Both the position numbers and the translations under genes were made by a program. From assembly GCA_963819655.1 (NCBI GenBank), contig CAWFXA010000002.1, positions 928,001 to 992,000 of the forward strand: 64,000 nucleotides of DNA. Reading direction: 5' to 3'. This document shows, piece after piece, positions 58,187 through 64,000 of the stretch. The stretch's first letter is position 1. Each line of letters opens with the position of its first letter. Origin of the DNA: an uncultured Chloroflexia bacterium. Its GTDB lineage: Bacteria; Chloroflexota; Limnocylindria; Limnocylindrales; CSP1-4. The notes below the pieces were generated by a model. That model did not search any database. It saw only the letters and a list, made by a program, of their open reading frames with translations, and was not told the DNA's origin.

Positions 58187-58264
58187 ATGGACAAGAAGGC
58201 GAAAACCCCGAAGAAACCGAAGCAGACAAAGACGAAAGACGGCCGGACCGCAAAGACGCAGTAG
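58187..58264 (+). CDS. Lys-rich micropeptide MDKKAKTPKKPKQTKTKDGRTAKTQ
   Basis: GGAGG 8 nt before the ATG; 25 codons; not in the supplied ORF track. Confidence 0.55.
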   Translation: MDKKAKTPKKPKQTKTKDGRTAKTQ

Positions 58265-58284
58265 CCGCCTGGGCGCATCGGCGC

Positions 58285-60003
58285 TCAGGACGGTGGACTC
58301 ATCTCGCTCTGCAACGCCTCGACTGCCGCGCTGACAGACGGATAGAAGCGGTCCTTATCGATGGTCTCGAGGAGCCCGTACGTCACGATCATCTCGCGTA
58401 CGCCTGACTGGAGCTCGGCGAACGCGAGATGGATCCCCGTCGAGTTCAGTTCGAGGTCGAGGTCTGCCAGCATCGCCCCGGCGGTCGTGTCGATGTCCGT
58501 GATCGGCTCGGCGGCGATGAGGACCCACTGTGGCGGACGAGCGGCCGCCTTCACAAGGTCGCGGATCCGGTCGCGGAACTGGTTCGCATTCGCGAAGAAG
58601 AGTGGTGCTGACCAGCGAAGGATGAGGAGGCCCGGGACCTGCTGTGCATCCGGGTGGGTCCGGATGTCGTGGAACCCGGGCACGCGCGGTGCCTTCCCAA
58701 GGACCGCGGAGTAGGGTGCCCACGCGCGCTTGAAGATGTAGATGACCGACAGGGCGACGGCGACGACGATGCCCTCCAACACGCCGATGAAGGCCACGCC
58801 GAGACCGCAGGCGACGGCCAACGCGAACTCCATCTTGCGAACGCGGAATAGCCGGCGCAGCGCCGCGAGGTCGAACAGGCTGATCGACGCCGCGATGATG
58901 ACCGCCGCCAGCACTGGCTGCGGCATCGACTGGACGAGGCCGGGCACGACGAGGAGCATCGCGAGTACCAGTCCGGCCGCGATGAGGCCGGTCAGTTGGG
59001 TCTTGGCTCCCGACTGGGCAGCAACGGCCGTCCGGGAGCCGCTCGTACTCACGGCGAATCCCGAGAACAGGCCTGCGGCCAGATTGGCCGAGCCGATCCC
59101 CGCGAGCTCCTGGTTACCGTCCACCTCGTAGCCCCTGCGCGAGGCGAAGCCTCCTGAGGTCGAGATGGTGTCACCGATGGCCACGAGCGAGATTCCCAGC
59201 GCGGCGGCCGCCAACAGCGGGATGTCGGAGACAGCCACGGCTGGCAGCGCCGGCAGCGGGAACCCCTGCGGGAGCACGCCGATCACGGAAACGCCATGCG
59301 ATGCGAGGTCGAGAACGATCGACAGCGCGATCGCGACCACGACCGCGACGAGGATGCCCGGCGTCCGCGGCGACACTCGCATGAGGCCCAGGATGATGAC
59401 GAGGCTGAGCAGGCCGATGCCGAGCGCCCAGGGATTCGTCTGGTCGACACCCCGGAGGAATGCGGACGCCTCGCCTAGGAGCCCACTCGCGTCGGTGCTG
59501 AATCCGAACAACTTGGGCAGCTGGCCGATGAAGATCACGATCGCAAGACCAGCCAGGTACCCGGTCCGGACCGGGTTCGAGAGCAGGTCAGCGACGAAGC
59601 CGAGCTTGGCTGCGCCCGCGCCGACCGTGACCAGCCCGACCAGGAGGGCGAGCATCCCAGCGAGGGCGATCGCTTGCTCCTGGTTGCCGGCGGCAAGCGG
59701 CAGGATCGTCGCGGCGATCATGGGCCCGAGGGAGGAATCCGGGCCAAGAACGAGGATCGGCGACGGTCCGACGAGGGCGTAGGCGACCAGACAGACGACG
59801 GTCGTATACAGCCCGGTGATCGCGGGCAGCCCAGCTAGCTCGGCGTAGGCCATGCCTTGAGGCACGAGCAGGGTGACGAGAACGACGCCGGCGACGATGT
59901 CGCGTGACAACCACGACCGTTCGTAGGTGCGGATGACGCGCACGCCGGGCATCCACCGCTCGACCCGCCCGAGCAGGGGATTCGTCGCCCCTTGGTACTG
60001 CAC
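58285..60003 (-). CDS. SulP-family anion transporter with STAS domain
   Basis: DIVAG, PQGMAYAELAG, GLY, GP, NQEL..IG.AN, SRT; STAS motif PLFFAN...DIDTT. Confidence 0.94.
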   Translation of the reverse strand: MQYQGATNPLLGRVERWMPGVRVIRTYERSWLSRDIVAGVVLVTLLVPQGMAYAELAGLPAITGLYTTVVCLVAYALVGPSPILVLGPDSSLGPMIAATILPLAAGNQEQAIALAGMLALLVGLVTVGAGAAKLGFVADLLSNPVRTGYLAGLAIVIFIGQLPKLFGFSTDASGLLGEASAFLRGVDQTNPWALGIGLLSLVIILGLMRVSPRTPGILVAVVVAIALSIVLDLASHGVSVIGVLPQGFPLPALPAVAVSDIPLLAAAALGISLVAIGDTISTSGGFASRRGYEVDGNQELAGIGSANLAAGLFSGFAVSTSGSRTAVAAQSGAKTQLTGLIAAGLVLAMLLVVPGLVQSMPQPVLAAVIIAASISLFDLAALRRLFRVRKMEFALAVACGLGVAFIGVLEGIVVAVALSVIYIFKRAWAPYSAVLGKAPRVPGFHDIRTHPDAQQVPGLLILRWSAPLFFANANQFRDRIRDLVKAAARPPQWVLIAAEPITDIDTTAGAMLADLDLELNSTGIHLAFAELQSGVREMIVTYGLLETIDKDRFYPSVSAAVEALQSEMSPPS

Positions 60004-60170
60004 GCAGCCCTCCCTTCTCGCGGTGAACAGCCCTGATGCTAACCTCGGACCGAGCTGGCGCGGTCATCCCACGGCACGATCTGGGCGCAGTGATCCGCGA
60101 CCTACGACTACACCTCTTGTCGGCCGAGGCGTACCCTTTGCCGTGTTGGGATCAGGCGGGAGGACGAGAA

Positions 60171-60398
60171 ATGACGACGATGCGCGAGGCGCTCGAGCGG
60201 GCAATGGGACGGACACCCGACAACCAGATGATGCGGCAGCTCGAGGAGGGCGGCCTGGCCGTTGTCGACGTCGACTCGATGAGCCAGGCGATCCATGACG
60301 TGTATTGCGGGATCATGGCCGACCACTCGCACCCGAACGAGAAGGACAAGGACCAGGCTCGCTCGATGATCGCCGCGCTCCAGAAGGTGTCAGCCTGA
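60171..60398 (+). CDS. small hypothetical protein
   Basis: GGAGG RBS; AIHDVYC...DHSHP possible metal site. Confidence 0.65.
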   Translation: MTTMREALERAMGRTPDNQMMRQLEEGGLAVVDVDSMSQAIHDVYCGIMADHSHPNEKDKDQARSMIAALQKVSA

Positions 60399-60505
60399 TC
60401 GAAGCCTTGGGCCGCGACAGAGCTGCGGGCCCATGACCATCGTGCGTCCGCAGGCACGACCGATGGGTCTGGCATAACCGGCCACGCAGTCCCCACACTC
60501 AGCCG

Positions 60506-60781
60506 ATGCGCCGTCGAGTCGTTGCCGCTACGGTCGCCGCCGCGTTCGCCGATGAACGCGCCGCGAGCTACGCCGTCAAACTGATCGCCTCGTCGCCCGA
60601 GATCGACGTGCGGTTCAAGCTCCGCCGCGTCCTCGGCGAGCGGGACGAGATCCAGATGGTGGTCCTCGAGGCGTCGCTCACCAACGCCGCGCAGGCGGAT
60701 CGGGTCGAGACGTGCATGGCCGGAGCTCACGGCTCGATCATCCCGGCCGAGATCGTGGCGCAGGCAGCCCGGGCGAGCTAG
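60506..60781 (+). CDS. hypothetical protein
   Basis: 91-aa ORF with typical coding bias. Confidence 0.5.
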   Translation: MRRRVVAATVAAAFADERAASYAVKLIASSPEIDVRFKLRRVLGERDEIQMVVLEASLTNAAQADRVETCMAGAHGSIIPAEIVAQAARAS

Positions 60782-60795
60782 CGCGCTCCTGGAGG

Positions 60796-61746
60796 CTATC
60801 CGCTCGGCGCAGGTGACGGGGTCGGGAAGGGCGGGCTCACGCTGTTTGAATCGGCGAATCGATCGTAGAGCCGGTCCCAAAGGGACACGTAGACGCGCGA
60901 GGGTGGGGCCGTCCCGCGCGCCACGGCAAACCAGATACCGGTCAGGCCCTGCGGATCTCCGAGGGCACAGAAGCCGTAGATCCGATCCTCGATATCCGCG
61001 TCGACGATGTCGACCCAGGTCCGACTAGCGTTGTCGTTCAGGCCGCACGGCTCGAGGTCCGGCGCCGCTGCGAAGAGCTCAGCTGGGTAGTCGGCCCAGT
61101 TCGCCACGCTCAGGTCGTACGAGGTGTATGGGTTGCCATCCGACCCGATGTAATCCTCTGTTCCGTCGAATTGCAGGTGGGGAACAGGGAGGTCGGGCAC
61201 GTCGGGCTCGGGCACAGGATCCGTGTCGATCTCGCCCCAGTCGATCCATGGCTCACCGTCGTGGTCCGCGGCCGCGACCCAACCGGACATGATCCCGCCG
61301 CGGAGGGAGGGGCCATCCTCCAGGTGCACCCGGTACCACCAGTATCCCGACCCTGCCACGGGTCCGGCGAGGACGCGAAGATATGTGCCGACCTTGAGCA
61401 GCGGCTCGTACTTCACGGAGTCGGAGCTCACGCGTGGTTTGGACCGGACCCGGATATCGTCGGACACGGTGACAAGCAGGGCCTCGGGCGCGAACGGAGG
61501 CCTCGGGCCGATCGTCGGGCTTCGCGCCGGTGCTCCGGGGCTTGGCTCAAATCCTGGGTGGACCGACATCCGGGCGGACGGCGCGGCGACCGAAGGTACG
61601 GTCGATCCGAGGTCTCCGACCGCCGAGGGATCGGGAGGAAAGGGCTCGATCGCTCCTGGATCCGAGGCGGACGGCCTCGGCGATGGCTGGGCGCAGCCGG
61701 CGATCACGGTCGCAAGAACCAGGATCGAGCCGATACGTCGCACCAT
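60796..61746 (-). CDS. lipoprotein with SH3b-like domain
   Basis: Lipobox IAGC; IRVRSKP...GPV.GSGYWWY.V...GWVA. Confidence 0.75.
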   Translation of the reverse strand: MVRRIGSILVLATVIAGCAQPSPRPSASDPGAIEPFPPDPSAVGDLGSTVPSVAAPSARMSVHPGFEPSPGAPARSPTIGPRPPFAPEALLVTVSDDIRVRSKPRVSSDSVKYEPLLKVGTYLRVLAGPVAGSGYWWYRVHLEDGPSLRGGIMSGWVAAADHDGEPWIDWGEIDTDPVPEPDVPDLPVPHLQFDGTEDYIGSDGNPYTSYDLSVANWADYPAELFAAAPDLEPCGLNDNASRTWVDIVDADIEDRIYGFCALGDPQGLTGIWFAVARGTAPPSRVYVSLWDRLYDRFADSNSVSPPFPTPSPAPSG

Positions 61747-61825
61747 CGTGCCCTCCGCCCTAGGATGTCAGCACAGTCCAAGACGCCCGGGCAGGTGAAC
61801 TGTTGCAGTCACCGGTTGGACCGCC

Positions 61826-62395
61826 CTACGCGGTCTGCAACCGCTGGTGGATGCCGCGCAAGCGCCAGCCGAGCATGATCAGCAGGATCCCGAACGCGAT
61901 CGCGAAGCCGCCGATGATCCACACGATCGTGAGTGCCCCGGCCGCCGGGAACAGGAACAGCAGCACACCGAAAACGATCGACAGCACGCCCGCGATCGCC
62001 AGCCAGAGCTCGCCGGTGATCTGCTCACGGAGCCTGATCGCCAGGACGATCTCGATGACACCGGTCACGATCGACCACGCCGAGATGAGCAGCAGCAGCG
62101 CACGGGCCGCGATGTCCGGGAAGGCCAGGGCCAACAGCCCGACGATGATGCCGACGATGCCTTCGAGGATCGTCAACCACCACGACCGATCCATGGTCCG
62201 ATGCCGGATCGCGGCAACGATGTCGAACATCCCGTCGACAAGCGCCCAGGCGCCGAACAGCAGGACCAGCGCCGCGATCGTCACCGGTGGCGAGATGAAC
62301 GCGATGACTCCGAAGAGGATCGCCAGCACCCCCCGCAGGATGAACGTCCACCACCAGCGCGAGAGCTCCGCCGTCGTGGCGATGCCGATCGTCAT
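61826..62395 (-). CDS. HdeD/DUF308 membrane protein
   Basis: GGAG RBS; WW..ILRGVLAILFG...P; repeated FGAW..VDG and AWSIVTG units. Confidence 0.9.
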   Translation of the reverse strand: MTIGIATTAELSRWWWTFILRGVLAILFGVIAFISPPVTIAALVLLFGAWALVDGMFDIVAAIRHRTMDRSWWLTILEGIVGIIVGLLALAFPDIAARALLLLISAWSIVTGVIEIVLAIRLREQITGELWLAIAGVLSIVFGVLLFLFPAAGALTIVWIIGGFAIAFGILLIMLGWRLRGIHQRLQTA

Positions 62396-62499
62396 GTCAC
62401 CGATCTCCTCACCCCCAGCGGCCGGGTCGCGCGCCACCCACCCGCGCAGATGCTACGCCCCGTGTCGCGCGTCGCCGTTGGTGGCACCCTTGCCTCGAC

Positions 62500-62934
62500 A
62501 TGACAGGAGGCCCATTCGTCCAAAGGTTCCCGATCGAGCTCGGCCGTCGGTCCCGTCCGCTGCTTCGTGTCCTGTTCGGCGTTCGCCCGGACCGTGCATA
62601 CGTCCACCTCGATGAGAATCTCGACGCGCGGTTCGGCTTCGGTCACCTGCGGACGCCGCTCAGTAACGTCGTCTCGTGGCGGATCGAAGGGCCGTGGCTG
62701 TGGATCACCGCCATCGGCATCCGACGGAGCATCCGCCACGGCGACTTCACATTCGCTGGAACCCACCGCTGCGGCGTACGCCTGGATTTCCGGGAGCGGG
62801 TCCGGGCCATGGGTTTCCGGGTCCCCGCCCTGTACGTGACCGTCGAGGATCCCGCGGCGTTCACGGCGGCCCTGACCGCGCGCGGCATCCCCGGAGAGGA
62901 TGCCCGGGGCACTCCTGCTGCCGGGTCCGCCTAG
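62500..62934 (+). CDS. hypothetical protein (PH-like)
   Basis: ARFG...TPLSNV...LYVTVEDP..F pattern. Confidence 0.65.
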   Translation: MTGGPFVQRFPIELGRRSRPLLRVLFGVRPDRAYVHLDENLDARFGFGHLRTPLSNVVSWRIEGPWLWITAIGIRRSIRHGDFTFAGTHRCGVRLDFRERVRAMGFRVPALYVTVEDPAAFTAALTARGIPGEDARGTPAAGSA

Positions 62935-62999
62935 CTCGGCTCGCGCCGATGCGCAACCACCGGTCGACAACGGCGGCGCGGCGCTAGCATCGCCGCGAT

Positions 63000-64000
63000 A
63001 TGGCCCGGCAATTCGATTACATCATCGTCGGCGGTGGATCGGCGGGTTCGGTGCTGGCAAACCGCCTCACCGAGGACCCGCAGACGCGCGTTCTCGTGCT
63101 GGAAGCCGGGCGCTCCGACTGGCGGATCGACCCCTTCATCCACATGCCGGCGGCGCTCACGTTTCCGATCGGCAGCCGGTTCTACGACTGGCGCTACGAA
63201 TCCGAGCCCGAGCCGTTCATGCACGGCCGTCGGATCTTCCACGCGCGCGGCAAGGTCCTTGGGGGCAGCAGCAGCATCAACGGTCAGATCTTCCAGCGCG
63301 GCAACCCACTCGATTTCGAGCGCTGGGCGGCCGATCCGGGTATGGAGACGTGGGACTTCGCCCATTGCCTGCCCTATTTCAAGAAGATGGAGACCGCGCT
63401 CGCCGCGGCTCCGGACGATCCGTGGCGCGGTCACCGCGGGCCGCTCGTCGTCGAGCGCGGACCGGCCACCAACTCGTTGTTCGCGGCGTTCTTCGACGCA
63501 GCACGGGAGGCGGGCTACTCGCGGACCGACGACGTCAACGGCTACCGGCAGGAAGGCTTCGCCGCGTTCGACCGGAACATCCATCGCGGTCGGCGGCTCA
63601 GCGCGGCACGCGCGTACCTCCACCCGATCCTGCGCAGCCGCGGGAACCTCGCCGTGTGGACGCAGCGATTCGTGACCCGGGTGCTGTTCCAGGGATCACG
63701 CGCGATCGGGGTGGAGGTCGCCCGCGGGCCGCGCGGACGCGGGGGTGTCGAGCGGTTGACGGCCGGTGAGGTCATCCTCGCCGGTGGCGCCATCAACAGC
63801 CCGCAGTTGCTGCTGCTCTCGGGGATCGGCGCGGCGGCCGACCTCGGCCAGCTCAGGATCCCGGTGGTCGCCGACCGGCCGGGCGTGGGCCGCAACCTGC
63901 AGGATCATCTCGAGGTCTACGTCCAGCACCAGAGCCTCAAGGCTGTGTCCATGCAGCCGTCGGCGACGGAGCTCTGGCGACGGCCCTTCATCGGCGCCCG
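63000..64000 (+). CDS. betA: choline dehydrogenase (GMC oxidoreductase), runs off the window
   Basis: Hand translation [26 protein letters not shown]...LEAG...HMPAAL...[14 protein letters not shown]...[13 protein letters not shown]. Confidence 0.88.
   Translation, partial: MARQFDYIIVGGGSAGSVLANRLTEDPQTRVLVLEAGRSDWRIDPFIHMPAALTFPIGSRFYDWRYESEPEPFMHGRRIFHARGKVLGGSSSINGQIFQRGNPLDFERWAADPGMETWDFAHCLPYFKKMETALAAAPDDPWRGHRGPLVVERGPATNSLFAAFFDAAREAGYSRTDDVNGYRQEGFAAFDRNIHRGRRLSAARAYLHPILRSRGNLAVWTQRFVTRVLFQGSRAIGVEVARGPRGRGGVERLTAGEVILAGGAINSPQLLLLSGIGAAADLGQLRIPVVADRPGVGRNLQDHLEVYVQHQSLKAVSMQPSATELWRRPFIGA

Overview
High-GC bacterial chromosome window. Gene style and frequent apparently leaderless starts suggest a Chloroflexota or Actinomycetota-like organism (inference only). 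Positions 1-44.1 kb are mostly metabolic and housekeeping genes: APC permease, tRNA-Pro(TGG), cupin-adenylate cyclase, CopB, AraC/VOC, LysE, homocysteine methyltransferase, LLM oxidoreductase, Lrp, GGDEF, a UnbV/vanadium-haloperoxidase pair, a xylose cluster (ROK, ABC, xylAB), PLP sulfur enzyme, ResB, a PucR regulator with two tandem glnA genes, an MtrAB-like system with a GerMN lipoprotein, tRNA-Pro(CGG), and an acyl-AMP/ACP/acyltransferase fusion. From about 44.1 kb the window is an accessory patchwork of small genes and gene fragments, ending at betA. Most notable: (1) four direct copies of a palindromic, Xer/cer-like site at 47.25-49.19 kb, each interval holding exactly one co-oriented gene and the outer sites abutting truncated genes, i.e. 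a candidate cassette array; (2) an adjacent relic of a serine-recombinase / rolling-circle-Rep element; (3) a solitary FtsZ with an N-terminal transmembrane segment; (4) a leader-peptide/terminator attenuator on lysE; (5) candidate XylR and PucR operators. Two genes carry single-base frameshifts that may be sequencing errors. All calls come from motif recognition by eye; no searches were run.
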